Source: an uncultured Gammaproteobacteria bacterium
GTDB taxonomy: Bacteria; Patescibacteriota; Microgenomatia; Daviesbacterales; UBA10151
Assembly: GCA_964625535.1 (NCBI GenBank)
Contig: CAZVEX010000002.1
Coordinates: 85,559-149,558 of the forward strand
Length of the DNA: 64,000 nt
Reading direction: 5' to 3'
Shown: positions 19,835 to 30,427 of the stretch, one piece after another
Position numbering within the stretch: position 1 is the first letter of the stretch
Layout of the letters: every line of letters starts with the position of its first letter
Translations under genes and position numbers: made by a program
Notes under the pieces: generated by a model
What the model saw: the letters and a program-made list of their open reading frames with translations, nothing else
Database searches by the model: none
Told to the model about the DNA's origin: nothing

Positions 19835-19894
19835 TTATTTCCACCTCCCTTCTTTGTTTCTCATAGTAATTTTTATAGTAATACTTGTCAAGAC

Positions 19895-21358
19895 CTAAAT
19901 CACCCTAAAGCTTTCCACCCTATCTCCAATTTGAAAATCTACAGGTGGATCAAAGAGCATGCCGCAATCCGAACCTTTTTCCACTTTAGTTACTTCTTCC
20001 TTAACTTTTTTCAAGGACTTAATTTTGGTTTCACCAATTACTTCCCCATCCCGCACGACTCTAATCCTTTGTCCTTTAGCAATACTTCCCTCTGTCATCC
20101 TGCATCCGGCAATTTTTTCATCCTTGCCGTGTGGAAACTCTGCAATGATATTAGCTTTACCCAAAACTTCTTCCAGTTGTCCCACTTCCAGCAAAGTATT
20201 AACCACCTCTTCCACGTCCTGTAAAAGCTCATAAATAATATTGTATGTTCTTATTAAAATGTGTTCATGCTCTGCCATTTTTTGCGCGGTCGGCGCAACT
20301 TTGACATTAAATCCAATCACAATTGCCCCCACAGAGGTAGCAAGTTTGATATTCTCCTCACCAATATCTCCTGTGGCAGAAAAAATAACATCAACAACTT
20401 TGCGCTCCAAGTTATATTTTTCCAAAGAAGCTTCAATCGCTTCCAGCGATCCTTGCTTATCAGCCTTAATAATTACTTTAAGAGTTTTTGCATCTCCCAT
20501 CTTTAGCTTATCAACTAATGATTTTACCTCTGATTCTTTGACACTTTGACTCTCTGACTCTTCACCTAGCACTGCTCCTACTTCAGGCACAGTTTCCAAT
20601 CCCAAAACCTCCACAGGCATGGATGGACCAGCAGCATCTAGCACCTTACCATTAAAATCAAACATTCCCCTAATCTTGCTTTTTACCCCACCCAAAATGA
20701 TTTGATCGCCTTTTTTCAAAGTCCCATTCCTAACCAGTAATGTGGCAATCGGCCCTTTAAATTTATCTAAATTAGCTTCAATTACCACTCCTGAAGGTAA
20801 GATATCTGGATCGCCTTTTAGCTCATGCATTTCCGCCACCAGTAAAATCAAATCCAGCAGTTTATCAACACCTTCGCCGGTTTTGGCCGACAAAGCAACA
20901 ACAGGAACATCTCCACCATATTCCTCCGCTAAAATATCTCTATCGGAAAGCTGTTTTTTGATTTTTTCCAGTTGTATCTTAATATTTACTCCCGGCAGAT
21001 CTATTTTATTGACTGCCACAATAAGAGGAATCCGCCGGCTGGCGGACTGATCCTGAATATGTTTGATGGCCTCAACTGTTTGAGGCATGATCCCATCATC
21101 AATGGCCACTACCAAAATAGCTATGTCTGCAACTTGAGCTCCTCGGGAGCGCATTTTTTCAAAAGCTGCATGTCCGGGAGTATCAATAAAAGTTATTAGT
21201 TTTGAGTTATTAGTTATTTGATATGCACCTATGTGTTGGGTAATGCCACCGTGTTCTTTAGAAGCTACGGAAGATTTTCGGATAAAATCAAGCAGTGTTG
21301 TTTTACCGTGGTCTACATGTCCAAGTATTGTTACTATTGGTGGTCGTGTTTGTTTCAT
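19895..21358 (-). CDS. infB: Translation initiation factor IF-2 (no N-terminal domains)
   Basis: [42 protein letters not shown]. Confidence 0.97.
   Translation of the reverse strand: MKQTRPPIVTILGHVDHGKTTLLDFIRKSSVASKEHGGITQHIGAYQITNNSKLITFIDTPGHAAFEKMRSRGAQVADIAILVVAIDDGIMPQTVEAIKHIQDQSASRRIPLIVAVNKIDLPGVNIKIQLEKIKKQLSDRDILAEEYGGDVPVVALSAKTGEGVDKLLDLILLVAEMHELKGDPDILPSGVVIEANLDKFKGPIATLLVRNGTLKKGDQIILGGVKSKIRGMFDFNGKVLDAAGPSMPVEVLGLETVPEVGAVLGEESESQSVKESEVKSLVDKLKMGDAKTLKVIIKADKQGSLEAIEASLEKYNLERKVVDVIFSATGDIGEENIKLATSVGAIVIGFNVKVAPTAQKMAEHEHILIRTYNIIYELLQDVEEVVNTLLEVGQLEEVLGKANIIAEFPHGKDEKIAGCRMTEGSIAKGQRIRVVRDGEVIGETKIKSLKKVKEEVTKVEKGSDCGMLFDPPVDFQIGDRVESFRVI
20528..20559. repeat. Degenerate 8-nt tandem tract in the infB linker
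   Basis: CTCTGATT CTTTGACA CTTTGACT CTCTGACT, encoding [11 protein letters not shown] on the minus strand. Confidence 0.55.
21031..21046. repeat. GC-rich palindrome inserted in frame in infB
   Basis: TCCGCC-GGCT-GGCGGA. The protein reads DQSASRRIP where IF2 normally has a shorter segment. Confidence 0.6.
21188..21222. repeat. Degenerate 7-nt tandem tract in infB
   Basis: AAAAGTT ATTAGTT TTGAGTT ATTAGTT ATTTGAT, encoding [11 protein letters not shown] on the minus strand. Confidence 0.65.
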
Positions 21359-21387
21359 AAAAATTTTTTTGGCGAAAAACTTTCATA

Positions 21388-22437
21388 TTACTTAGGTTCT
21401 TCACCGGATTTTTCTTCTTCTTTTTGCTCTTGTGTCTCGTCACTAACTGCTTCTCCTTGAACATTTGACTCTTCCTCTGCTCCCACAATATCTATTTTCC
21501 AACCAGTCAGTTTGGCTGCCAGACGCACATTTTGTCCGCCTTTACCAATGGCCAAAGACAATTGATCTTGAGGCACAATCACCTTGGCCACCTGGTCTTT
21601 TTCATTCAAAACAACTTGTATATCTTTGGCAGGAGAAAGAGCTGATGCAATAAACCTGGCCGGATCATCGGAAAAAGAGATAATGTCAATCTTTTCCTCG
21701 CCCAACTCACCCATTACTGCCTGAACTCTGACTCCTTTTTGCCCAACCAGGCTGCCTACCGGATCTACGCCTTCCTGGGTTGAAATGGCGGCAATCTTGG
21801 TTCTAGCCCCTGCTTCCCTAGCGATCGCTCTTACTTCAACAGCGCCCGATTGAATCTCCGGCACCTCCAAAGCAAATAAAGCTGCCACCAGCTTGGGATC
21901 AGATCGCGAAACTACCACTTCCGACCCTCCTCTTGTTCCTTCCCTGATCTCTTTAACTAAAAGCTTTAAACGCTGGTTTTGATTATATAATTCTGTGCGA
22001 ATCTGTTCGGAAGGCGGGAGCACCCCTTCCGCTCTTCCCAAATCCACAAAATAGGTATTGCCTTCCTGTCGCGAAATCGCGCCGGATATAACAGTACCTA
22101 CTTTGCTCTCGTATTCCGTCAAAATGGCATCTCTTTCCGCCTCATTAAGCCGTTGCATAATTACCTGTTTGGCAATACTGGCGGCAATCCTAGCAAAACC
22201 TGGAGGTGTAACATCGCTATCATTATGAAAAATTTTGATTTCTCCGGTGATTTGATCAATCGAAGAAGTGTATTCTTCAAAATCTTCAGGCACAGGTTCG
22301 TTTCGGAGCGTCAAATCTTTTTTGTAAGCCGCTAAAGCTGCCTGACGGATAGCATCCAAAACCACTTCCGGATCTACCCCTTTTTCAGAGGCTATTTGAT
22401 TTAAAGCAGCTGCAAATTCTGTTCTAGCTTGTGCCAT
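21388..22437 (-). CDS. nusA: Transcription factor NusA
   Basis: [56 protein letters not shown]. Confidence 0.97.
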   Translation of the reverse strand: MAQARTEFAAALNQIASEKGVDPEVVLDAIRQAALAAYKKDLTLRNEPVPEDFEEYTSSIDQITGEIKIFHNDSDVTPPGFARIAASIAKQVIMQRLNEAERDAILTEYESKVGTVISGAISRQEGNTYFVDLGRAEGVLPPSEQIRTELYNQNQRLKLLVKEIREGTRGGSEVVVSRSDPKLVAALFALEVPEIQSGAVEVRAIAREAGARTKIAAISTQEGVDPVGSLVGQKGVRVQAVMGELGEEKIDIISFSDDPARFIASALSPAKDIQVVLNEKDQVAKVIVPQDQLSLAIGKGGQNVRLAAKLTGWKIDIVGAEEESNVQGEAVSDETQEQKEEEKSGEEPK

Positions 22438-22443
22438 AATAGT

Positions 22444-22470
22444 AAAAAAGGTGGGACTAGCCCACCTTTC
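22444..22470 (-). terminator. Attenuator-like hairpin plus U-tract directly upstream of nusA (rimP/nusA leader type)
   Basis: GAAAGGTGGG-CTAGT-CCCACCTTTTTT ends 6 nt before the nusA ATG. Confidence 0.75.
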
Positions 22471-22497
22471 AGGTCCTTTGGATTATTAACCAGGAAT

Positions 22498-22526
22498 ATT
22501 TTAACTTTTTACTATCTTGAAGTCAA
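22498..22526 (-). promoter_or_regulatory. Sigma70 promoter of nusA-infB
   Basis: TTGACT-17 nt-TAAAAT. The -35 box overlaps the TGA of the gcvPB remnant. Confidence 0.65.
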
Positions 22527-22650
22527 GCTTTCGGCTCCGGAGGTCTCCAACGAAGAACAGGATGTCTGGCTGCTTCTGCTTCATTTAATCTCCCAACCGG
22601 AGTATTATGAGGAGCAGAATGTAATAAATCCGGATTCTCTTCTGCTTCCC
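22523..22650 (-). pseudogene. gcvPB: 3'-terminal remnant of glycine dehydrogenase subunit 2
   Basis: Start-less frame [41 protein letters not shown] matches the GcvPB C-terminal pattern (EAxENPxLLxxAPHxTPVxRLDExxAARxPVLRW). Confidence 0.75.
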
Positions 22651-22895
22651 TGGAACTGTAAACCCCGTGGTGGATCATTAGGAGTCTGCGGTAAGACAAT
22701 TGCCCCGGCCACTTTATTATTTTTTACAACTTCTTTAGAGTGTCTTCTGGCAGTTGCAGAAAAAAAGTAGATATTCAGGCCAGCATCTGTTGCAAACCAG
22801 ACAGAACAAACCCATGGCTGATTATCAACAGATGTAGCCAGCTGCATTAATTTTGCTTCCTTTAAATAATCTTTAATTAATTTTCTTAAATTCAC
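22605..22895 (-). pseudogene. C-terminally truncated pyridoxamine 5'-phosphate oxidase-like (FMN split barrel) gene
   Basis: MQLATSVDNQPWVCSVWF...RRHSKE...VAGAI...RGLQFQG, then an abrupt switch into out-of-frame gcvPB sequence at about 22650. Confidence 0.72.
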
Positions 22896-22979
22896 AGGCT
22901 AATTATATACTAAACTACAAATTAATAATCAAATCTGATATAATGACAAATAATTTTCTATGGGCTAGGATATATAATT

Positions 22980-23536
22980 ATGTTCCGTGTTGAAACTCAA
23001 ACAATTGATCCTGGTCAAATTAGTGTTTCTTTCCAAGTTATAAAGCCCACTCTTGTAGTGGCTGAATATTTGGAAGGAAGAAAATTAGGTGTAATAATCC
23101 AGACAGACCTGAACAAAGCAGAATCCACCTAGATCCTACGGGTCAAAAACTATTGACCAGCATAACCTCAACCCCGGAATTTTTGGCAATGGTTCGCGCA
23201 TCCAGTGGCGGTCTTCGTTGGATGGATCTTAGACCTTGCGGGTGGGATGAAGATACAAAAGTTAGATTGCTAGCTGCCAGTACCATGATCGGTTACCATG
23301 AGCTTCTACATATATCATGTTTGTACAACAGCTTAAAAAATGCCTGTCCTCCAGACTCTAATGATAATTTTCGCCATTATCTGGAAAGAAGTTTGGAATT
23401 AGAAGTTATGGCAGAAGAAAGAAAAAATCAGGCAAAAGCACTTTTGGCCGGCCGGCCAATGCTCGCTATGCAAGAAGCAAAAACATTATTGCAAAAATTA
23501 TCTGATCAAATAATAGGTCAACAAAAACAACCTTAA
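22980..23536 (+). pseudogene. Orphan gene, probably split by a frameshift (22980-23132 plus 23066-23536)
   Basis: ATG 22980 frame stops at TAG 23130-23132. The -1 frame is open from 23066 to 23536. Confidence 0.45.
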
Positions 23537-24420
23537 AACCAGCCTTTTTTCTTACTACCCAGATTGTATAGTTCTTCATAAAGTTGTTTTTCCTGTTTAG
23601 AAGGGTTTTGGGGGACTTCCAGATTGACTCTCACATAGTGATCTCCGTGGCCACCATTTAATCTGGCAGCACCTTTGCCTTTAAGTTTTACCAGTGACCC
23701 GGGCTGGGTACCCGGGGGCACCTTCACTTTTACTTTTCCCTGCACAGTTGAAACTTCAAAGACATCCCCCAAAACCAGTTGGGGAATAGAAACTTTTATT
23801 TCCGAAAAAATATCCGCTCCTTCTCTAATAAATTCCGGGTGGCGGTTAACATGAAAAACAATATCCAGCTCATTAAAGCGCATTCTGGTACCATTATCTA
23901 CTCCAGCCGGAACCTTGATTTTCATTCTTTTTCTTTCTAATCTGCCTGATTGATTTCTTGATTCTATTTCCACTTCTTTGGTTACCCCTTTTATTGCTTC
24001 GTCAAAAGTTAAATTAAGTTGATAGGTTGGTCTTCTTCTCATTGCTTGCCCAAACCCACCGCCAAAAATCTGTTCAAACAGTTCAAACGGGTCTTCAAAA
24101 CCGCCAAAGTCGAATTGAATATTTGGGCTTTGGCCGGATGAGGACCAGCTATATTGCTGCCATCCACCTGCTCCACCGGGAAAACCTTGAGATCTGTCAA
24201 AAGCCGAATGGCCAAACTGGTCATAAGAAGACTTTTTTTGGGGATCGGATAAAACTTGGTATGCTTCGGAAATTTCCTTGAATTTTTCCGCTGCGCCAGC
24301 GGATTTATCTATGTCCGGATGGTGGGCCCGGGCCAGTTTTCTATAAGCAGACTTAATCTCCGCTTCACCGGCTCCTTTGGAAACCCCTAAAATATCGTAG
24401 TAATCTCTTTTTGTAGCCAT
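23533..24420 (-). CDS. dnaJ: DnaJ-class chaperone without Zn finger (type II)
   Basis: J domain with HPD, G/F-rich region, C-terminal domain, no CxxCxGxG. Confidence 0.92.
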   Translation of the reverse strand: MATKRDYYDILGVSKGAGEAEIKSAYRKLARAHHPDIDKSAGAAEKFKEISEAYQVLSDPQKKSSYDQFGHSAFDRSQGFPGGAGGWQQYSWSSSGQSPNIQFDFGGFEDPFELFEQIFGGGFGQAMRRRPTYQLNLTFDEAIKGVTKEVEIESRNQSGRLERKRMKIKVPAGVDNGTRMRFNELDIVFHVNRHPEFIREGADIFSEIKVSIPQLVLGDVFEVSTVQGKVKVKVPPGTQPGSLVKLKGKGAARLNGGHGDHYVRVNLEVPQNPSKQEKQLYEELYNLGSKKKGWF

Positions 24421-24423
24421 TCA

Positions 24424-26313
24424 TTATTCTTTCTTTCCCTCTTCTACCACTTCACCCTCCACAGCTTCCTCTGTTCTAGGTGCTTCTTCAGTTTTTTCTT
24501 CTTTTTGCTCTCCTGTACCCTGCTTCTCATACATGGCTGCTCCTACTTTTTGCAAAGCTTCAGAAAGTGCTTCCATTTTGGGTTTTAGATCTTCCACCGA
24601 GGCAGTTTGAATTACTCCTTTTAGATCAGACAATTTTTGCTCAACATCAGTTCTAACTTCACTTGATACTTTATCACCGGCCTCTTTCAAACTTCTCTCT
24701 GCCGTATAAACCAAAGTGTCTGCCTGATTTTTAATGTCAATTTCTTCTTTTCTTTTTTTATCTTCTTCGGCATGAGCTTCTGCCTCCTTAGTCATCTTTT
24801 CCACTTCCTCTTTATTTAATCCAGTGGAGCCGGTAATGGTAATTTTCTGCTCTTTGTTCGTAGCTTTATCTTTGGCAGAAACATTCAAAATTCCATTGGC
24901 ATCAATGTCGAAAGTAACCTCCACTTGAGGCACGCCCCGGGGTGCCGGCGGGATTCCATCCAAAATAAATCTGCCCAAACTTTTATTATCAGTTGCCATT
25001 TCCCGCTCCCCTTGCAACACATTAATTTCCACCGAGGTCTGGTTATCAGCCGCAGTTGAGAAAATTTCCGATTTGGAAGACGGGATAGTGGTATTTCTGG
25101 TAATAAGCGGGGTTCTCACTCCACCCAAAGTCTCAATGCCCAAAGTTAAGGGAGTTACATCCAAAAGTAACACATCCTTAACTTCTCCTCCCAATACTCC
25201 GCCCTGGATGGCAGCCCCAACAGCTACCACCTCATCGGGATTAATACCTTTGTGAGGCTCCTTACCAAAAAACTCTTGCACTGCCTTTTGCACTGCCGGC
25301 ATTCTGGTCATTCCACCCACCAACACCACCTCATCCACTTTACTCGCTTCTATTTTGGCATCTTTTAAAGCTAATTTGACTGCATCAAAAGTTTTATCAA
25401 TTAAAGGTTTAACCATCCCCTCCAGCTTGGCCCGGGACAGTTTCATTTCCAAATGCTTGGGGCCGGCGGAGTCAGCTGTCACAAAGGGGATGGAAATTTC
25501 CGCTTCCTGTGTGGAGGATAGTTCGATCTTGGCTTTTTCCGCGCCGTCACGAAGCCTTTGCAAGGCTTGCCTGTCGCCTTTTAGATCAATTCCTTGTTCT
25601 TTTTTAAAATCTTCTGCCAAATGATCCAAAATCACTTGGTCAAAATCATCCCCACCCAGGTGTGTATCGCCGTTGGTACTTTTCACCTCAATTACCCCGT
25701 CTCCCAACTCCAAAATGGAAATATCAAAAGTGCCTCCACCAAGATCATAAACAGCAATGGTATGGGCATGAGATTTATCCAAACCATAAGCTAAAGCAGC
25801 TGCGGTTGGTTCATTAATAATTCTTTGGACATTCAAGCCGGCAATTTCTCCGGCTTGTTTGGTAGCCTGCCTTTGGCTATCATCAAAATAAGCAGGAACG
25901 GTAATAACAGCATCTGTCACTTTTTCGCCCAAATAACCCTCGGCATCGGCCTTGATTTTTTGTAAAATCTGGGCGGAAATTTCTTGAGGGGTGTATTCAT
26001 GACCTTCCACTTCCACCACGGCCATGCCTTCCCGGCCTTCCTTAATATTGTAAGGAAGCCATTTGATATCCCTTTGCACCTCCGGGTCTTTGAATTTCCT
26101 ACCCATTAGCCTTTTGATGGAAAAAATGGTTTCTTTAGGGTTGACCACAGCTTGACGCTTGGCTACACGGCCAACCACATTTTTGAGCGGATTAACCACC
26201 GAAGGGATAATGTTTTCCCCCTCGCTGGAATGGATGACTTTGGGTTTTCCTCCCTCCATCACTGCCACCACACTATTAGTTGTCCCTAAATCAATTCCCA
26301 CAATCTTAGCCAT
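24424..26313 (-). CDS. dnaK: Chaperone DnaK
   Basis: [34 protein letters not shown]. Confidence 0.99.
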   Translation of the reverse strand: MAKIVGIDLGTTNSVVAVMEGGKPKVIHSSEGENIIPSVVNPLKNVVGRVAKRQAVVNPKETIFSIKRLMGRKFKDPEVQRDIKWLPYNIKEGREGMAVVEVEGHEYTPQEISAQILQKIKADAEGYLGEKVTDAVITVPAYFDDSQRQATKQAGEIAGLNVQRIINEPTAAALAYGLDKSHAHTIAVYDLGGGTFDISILELGDGVIEVKSTNGDTHLGGDDFDQVILDHLAEDFKKEQGIDLKGDRQALQRLRDGAEKAKIELSSTQEAEISIPFVTADSAGPKHLEMKLSRAKLEGMVKPLIDKTFDAVKLALKDAKIEASKVDEVVLVGGMTRMPAVQKAVQEFFGKEPHKGINPDEVVAVGAAIQGGVLGGEVKDVLLLDVTPLTLGIETLGGVRTPLITRNTTIPSSKSEIFSTAADNQTSVEINVLQGEREMATDNKSLGRFILDGIPPAPRGVPQVEVTFDIDANGILNVSAKDKATNKEQKITITGSTGLNKEEVEKMTKEAEAHAEEDKKRKEEIDIKNQADTLVYTAERSLKEAGDKVSSEVRTDVEQKLSDLKGVIQTASVEDLKPKMEALSEALQKVGAAMYEKQGTGEQKEEKTEEAPRTEEAVEGEVVEEGKKE

Positions 26314-26314
26314 A

Positions 26315-26809
26315 TTATGCGTAATCTCCTGTTTCTACTGTTTTTTCTAACTGTTCTTCTGTCTCTTTTTCCAGCTGTTTTCTACCTACCACCACTTGGG
26401 CAGGTCGCAGGACCTTCCCGTTTAAAGTATACCCTTTTCTTACCACCTCTATTATTTTATTATCCTCACCAACTCTGGTGTCAACCGCCTCATGCAAGGT
26501 TGGGTCAAATCCACCGTCTGCTTGGATCTCACCCAGTCCTTCAGATTGTAACACCTGATTTAATTCCTTAACAGCCAACTCCACTCCCTTAAACCATCCT
26601 GATTCTTTTTCCAGTTCTGACGCGCTAGATAAAGCCCTTTCCAAATGATCCAAAACCGGCAGCAATCTTTTAATAAGTTCCGCTCCCATAAAATTAGTCA
26701 GCTCTGACCGCCCCTCCTGCACTCTTTTTTCCAGATTCTGATAATCAGCCACAGCCCGCTTAAGCTGATTTTCTAATTCCCGTACTTTTGTTTCTTGTTT
26801 CTTTACCAT
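26315..26809 (-). CDS. grpE: Nucleotide exchange factor GrpE
   Basis: [35 protein letters not shown]. Confidence 0.96.
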   Translation of the reverse strand: MVKKQETKVRELENQLKRAVADYQNLEKRVQEGRSELTNFMGAELIKRLLPVLDHLERALSSASELEKESGWFKGVELAVKELNQVLQSEGLGEIQADGGFDPTLHEAVDTRVGEDNKIIEVVRKGYTLNGKVLRPAQVVVGRKQLEKETEEQLEKTVETGDYA

Positions 26810-26814
26810 AATTT

Positions 26815-27540
26815 TTATATTCTTCCTGCTTCATACAGTAAATTCTTAACATACCTGACATAAGGAATAACCAAGGGAAAATTCATCCGCGCCGGCCCGA
26901 TGACCCCAATCACCCCTTCTTTTGGCCCTATCTCATATCTGGTAAAAACAAATCCCGTGGGTCTCAAATTTTCAAACTCCAGCTCATCTCCAAACAAAAC
27001 GTGCATAGGGTCAACTCCTTTGGCTTTTCCCAAAATCTCCTGCAAAGTGGGTAGCTCGTCAAACAAGCTTAAGACAAAGCGGGTCACATCAATGTCATAA
27101 AACTCCGGCCAATCCAAAATATTGGCCGCCCCCGCATAAAAAATTTGGCCCTCATCGTCCAATGCCAAACCCAGCATGTCACATCTCTGGGCCAGGGATT
27201 TAACCGCCTCCCTAAGTAGCTTCTCTCTTTGCAATCTTTGTTCCCACAATTTTTCCTTGATGGAAACTTCAGCTGCCACGGACAGCTGCTTTTCCTTCAT
27301 CAGTTCCTGAATATAAAGCCTAAAACCCATGGAAGTAGGCACCCGGCCGGCAGAGGTGTGAGGTTGTTTTAAATAACCCAACTCTGTTAAATGCACCATC
27401 TCATTTCTGATGGTGGCAGGGGATACCCCCAAGTTATATTTTCTATCAACCACTTCCGAGCCAACCGGTTCGGCAGAATCAATGTATTCTTCAATAACTG
27501 CTTTTAAAAGTGCTTTTTGTCTATCAGTTAAATCTGACAT
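26815..27540 (-). CDS. hrcA: Heat-inducible transcription repressor HrcA (short form)
   Basis: EPVGS, SPATIRNEM, QPHTSAGRVPT, GVIGPARM. Confidence 0.95.
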   Translation of the reverse strand: MSDLTDRQKALLKAVIEEYIDSAEPVGSEVVDRKYNLGVSPATIRNEMVHLTELGYLKQPHTSAGRVPTSMGFRLYIQELMKEKQLSVAAEVSIKEKLWEQRLQREKLLREAVKSLAQRCDMLGLALDDEGQIFYAGAANILDWPEFYDIDVTRFVLSLFDELPTLQEILGKAKGVDPMHVLFGDELEFENLRPTGFVFTRYEIGPKEGVIGVIGPARMNFPLVIPYVRYVKNLLYEAGRI

Positions 27541-27577
27541 TTGGCACTATGCTATCATGACTGCTAACTTTTGTCAA
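27541..27577 (-). promoter_or_regulatory. CIRCE-like operator overlapping the hrcA promoter
   Basis: Minus strand TTAGCAGTC-N9-TAGTGCCAA (27541-27567) versus consensus TTAGCACTC-N9-GAGTGCTAA. Promoter TTGACA-17-TAGCAT. Confidence 0.85.
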
Positions 27578-27583
27578 TACCCT

Positions 27584-28816
27584 TCAAACTGCCAATTCTT
27601 TACCTTGGTACTTTCGCAAACTTTTGCTTCGCCAGGCCACTAAAGCAGTAATCACCACTGTTCCTACCCCACCTACCACCACTGACGCTGGTCCACCAAT
27701 GGCCTTGGCCAAAAATCCGGCCTCAATTTCCCCCAGCTGTGGCCCGCCCTGAAAAAAAATTCTCATCACCGACACCATTCTGCCGCGAAGGTAATCTGGC
27801 GTCACCATTTGCCTGATGGTATTTCTGATAATTGTTGATGACATATCCCCAAAACCGACCAATATTAAGAACAATAGAGAAATTGGTAACGATTTAGACA
27901 AACCAAATCCGATTGTTGATAAGCCATATAAAATCACCGCAGCGATAATTACCCTGCCTTGAGCTTTTATTCTATGAATAAACGACATCAACACTCCTGC
28001 CAAGACGCCTCCTATGGCCGGCGCCGAATATAACAAGCCCAAACCAGAAGGACCAACATGCAATACATCCTGGGCAAAAATCGGCATTAAAATTGTGGCT
28101 GTCCCAAAAAAAGTGGCCAAAAAATCCAAAGCCATGGTGGTATAAAGAATAGGTGTTTTAAATACAAATTTAACTCCTTCTAAAATTGACATGAGGGAAA
28201 AAGATACATCTTTCTTTTCTACGTGCAGCGGCACATTGATATAAAAGACGGTGATTATAAAAACTAAAAAGGAAAGCGCATTAAAAAGATAAACAAGGGA
28301 TACTCCGGCGGTGGCGATTAAAATCCCGGCAATGGCGGGACCTATCATGGTGGCTGATTGAAATTGCAAAGTATGAAGAGATACCGCATTCATAAAATAT
28401 GCCTTGGGTACCAGGTTGGGTAAAACTGCTGCTCTGGCCGGAACTGAAAATGATTGGGCCGTGGCCACCAAAATCAAAATTAAATAAATCAGCCAGGGAT
28501 TTATCTGGTGAGACCAGGTCAGTGCAAAAAGGATAAAAGCCAAAATCATCTGCATCATCAGACTTAATATCAAAAGCTTCCTTCTGTCTACTTTATCTGC
28601 CAAAAGTCCACCAAATAATGAAAAAATAATAATTGGCAAAAGATTGGCAACTCCAATAAATCCCAAAAATGCGGGATTGCGGGTTATTTCATAGATCTGC
28701 CAAGCCACAGCCACCACCTGCATCTGGTTGCCGATTTCAGAGATTAATGATCCCAAAAGGTAGTTTCTAAAATGCCCTACCTTGAGGGCTAAAAATGGTG
28801 ATATTTTTGCCGGCAT
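27584..28816 (-). CDS. MFS transporter (MFS_3/EntS-like)
   Basis: About 12 TM helices, GGLLADKVDRRKLL, PDYLRGR. Confidence 0.9.
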   Translation of the reverse strand: MPAKISPFLALKVGHFRNYLLGSLISEIGNQMQVVAVAWQIYEITRNPAFLGFIGVANLLPIIIFSLFGGLLADKVDRRKLLILSLMMQMILAFILFALTWSHQINPWLIYLILILVATAQSFSVPARAAVLPNLVPKAYFMNAVSLHTLQFQSATMIGPAIAGILIATAGVSLVYLFNALSFLVFIITVFYINVPLHVEKKDVSFSLMSILEGVKFVFKTPILYTTMALDFLATFFGTATILMPIFAQDVLHVGPSGLGLLYSAPAIGGVLAGVLMSFIHRIKAQGRVIIAAVILYGLSTIGFGLSKSLPISLLFLILVGFGDMSSTIIRNTIRQMVTPDYLRGRMVSVMRIFFQGGPQLGEIEAGFLAKAIGGPASVVVGGVGTVVITALVAWRSKSLRKYQGKELAV

Positions 28817-28854
28817 AAACAATTAGTATACGAAAAATTTGTTATACTTGCAGC

Positions 28855-29403
28855 ATGAGTATAATTGATAGAAAGATTTATATTGTCGGATCAGCCGGCA
28901 GCGGTAAGACTACCCTGGCTAACTTAATATCCGAGAGGTTCGGCTACCCCCACTTTGATCTGGATGACATTGCCTATCCACATCAAAAAGTCCAACCGAT
29001 GGACAAAAGGCTCGAAGCTATTACGAAGCTAGCTCAAAAAAAACAGTGGGCGGCTGAAGGCATATATGTCAGTTGGGTGGAAGATTTATTTAAAGAGGCA
29101 GATAAAATTATCTGGCTGGACTTACCCTTATGGCTAACGCTTTTTAGAATTACCAAAAGATTTATTATAAATAAACTTACGGGCAAAGATCCCCATGGAT
29201 TTAAGGCTTTTTTAAGGTTGGCCAGGGGGTTAATCCATTATCACTACCCTAATCCTGCTTATGAATCAGATAAAACCGGTGAATATGTAACTCAAGAAAA
29301 AATCAAAAATGCCCTGAAACCTTACCCGGAGAAAGTTATCAGAGTCAAAAACAACCATCAGCTGGAGAAATTTGTAAATTCCCTATCTAACAGCTCCTTC
29401 TGA
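28855..29403 (+). CDS. P-loop kinase-like protein (FlaR/adenylate-kinase-like)
   Basis: IVGSAGSGKTTLA, DLDD, WAAEGIY, ADKIIWLD. Confidence 0.82.
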   Translation: MSIIDRKIYIVGSAGSGKTTLANLISERFGYPHFDLDDIAYPHQKVQPMDKRLEAITKLAQKKQWAAEGIYVSWVEDLFKEADKIIWLDLPLWLTLFRITKRFIINKLTGKDPHGFKAFLRLARGLIHYHYPNPAYESDKTGEYVTQEKIKNALKPYPEKVIRVKNNHQLEKFVNSLSNSSF

Positions 29404-30357
29404 GAATCTTAGCTCTTTTTTAGTTGTATCAAAGGAAACTTTCACTCCTACCGGCATGGGGATATTGACTGTAAAATGTCCGAAATCCAAATTTGCCATT
29501 ATGGGAAAATCATAATCTTTTAAGATTTCCAGAATCATTTCTTTAACTCGTGGTACAGTAACCTCTTTTTGTCTTAAGGGTTTTATAAATTTAATTTTTC
29601 CAACTAGCATCCCATTTATTCTCTCGAAAATTCCCACATGCTTTAATTGATAAAGATGATAATAAATTTCCGTTAAATCTCTTCCTACTTCTTCCCAAAA
29701 TAATATGCTTCCATCAAACAAATCCAAAGACGGGAAATATTTAGTACCGGCAAGCGCTAAAATTCTTTGTAAAATTCCACCTATTAAATGGCCTGCTACC
29801 TTTCCTTTTTTCCACTCTTCCCACTCTGTGACAGGTTTTATTATTCCAGGAGCTTCTGCCTTGGTTAAAAACTTTAAGAAAAATTCCTGATCCAATTTCG
29901 GCCAATCTTTCTGCCCTGCCTCTATCTTTCTGCCAAAACCATAGGAGAGATCATCCATATGAAATCCCACCATTCCGGTTTGGGAAAATATTGCCAGATG
30001 ATAAATAGTCATATCGGACATGCCAATAAATGGTTTAGGGTTATTAATTATTAATTCGTAGTCAAGATATTCTAAAACAGAAATTGCCGAGTAACCGCCA
30101 GTATGGGCAATGATTGCCTTGACATTTTTATCTGCAAACATGGAATTGATATCATCTGCCACTTCTTTTGGAGTACCACTCATCCACCATCTTACTTTTT
30201 TAGTGGTGTTACCTTCCTTAATCTTAAAACCCATATCAGTGATTAATTTTTTACCTTTCTCGTATTGCTTTTTGTGGTGAGGGAAAACAGGCAAAGATGA
30301 AGCCACAATTCCAACAGTATCTCCAATATTTAGTTTTGGAGGTTTAACAATTTTCAC
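29383..30357 (-). CDS. S66 family peptidase (LD-carboxypeptidase/MccF-like)
   Basis: GGY, FIGMSDMT (catalytic Ser), ILFWEE, DFGH. Confidence 0.9.
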   Translation of the reverse strand: MKIVKPPKLNIGDTVGIVASSLPVFPHHKKQYEKGKKLITDMGFKIKEGNTTKKVRWWMSGTPKEVADDINSMFADKNVKAIIAHTGGYSAISVLEYLDYELIINNPKPFIGMSDMTIYHLAIFSQTGMVGFHMDDLSYGFGRKIEAGQKDWPKLDQEFFLKFLTKAEAPGIIKPVTEWEEWKKGKVAGHLIGGILQRILALAGTKYFPSLDLFDGSILFWEEVGRDLTEIYYHLYQLKHVGIFERINGMLVGKIKFIKPLRQKEVTVPRVKEMILEILKDYDFPIMANLDFGHFTVNIPMPVGVKVSFDTTKKELRFSEGAVR

Positions 30358-30371
30358 AAGCTCATTGTATC

Positions 30372-30410
30372 AAAAAATCCCGCCCCAACAAGAGGCGGGA
30401 CCTTTCTTTT
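30372..30410. terminator. Intrinsic terminator downstream of the DUF378 gene
   Basis: AAAAAA-TCCCGCC-N9-GGCGGGA-CCTTTCTTTT. Confidence 0.75.
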
Positions 30411-30427
30411 CCTAATTAGGAAAATGA

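Noticed and set aside
22429-22770. 113-aa plus-strand ORF
   Set aside because: It is antisense to the nusA leader, the gcvPB remnant and the PPOX fragment, which explain the sequence better.
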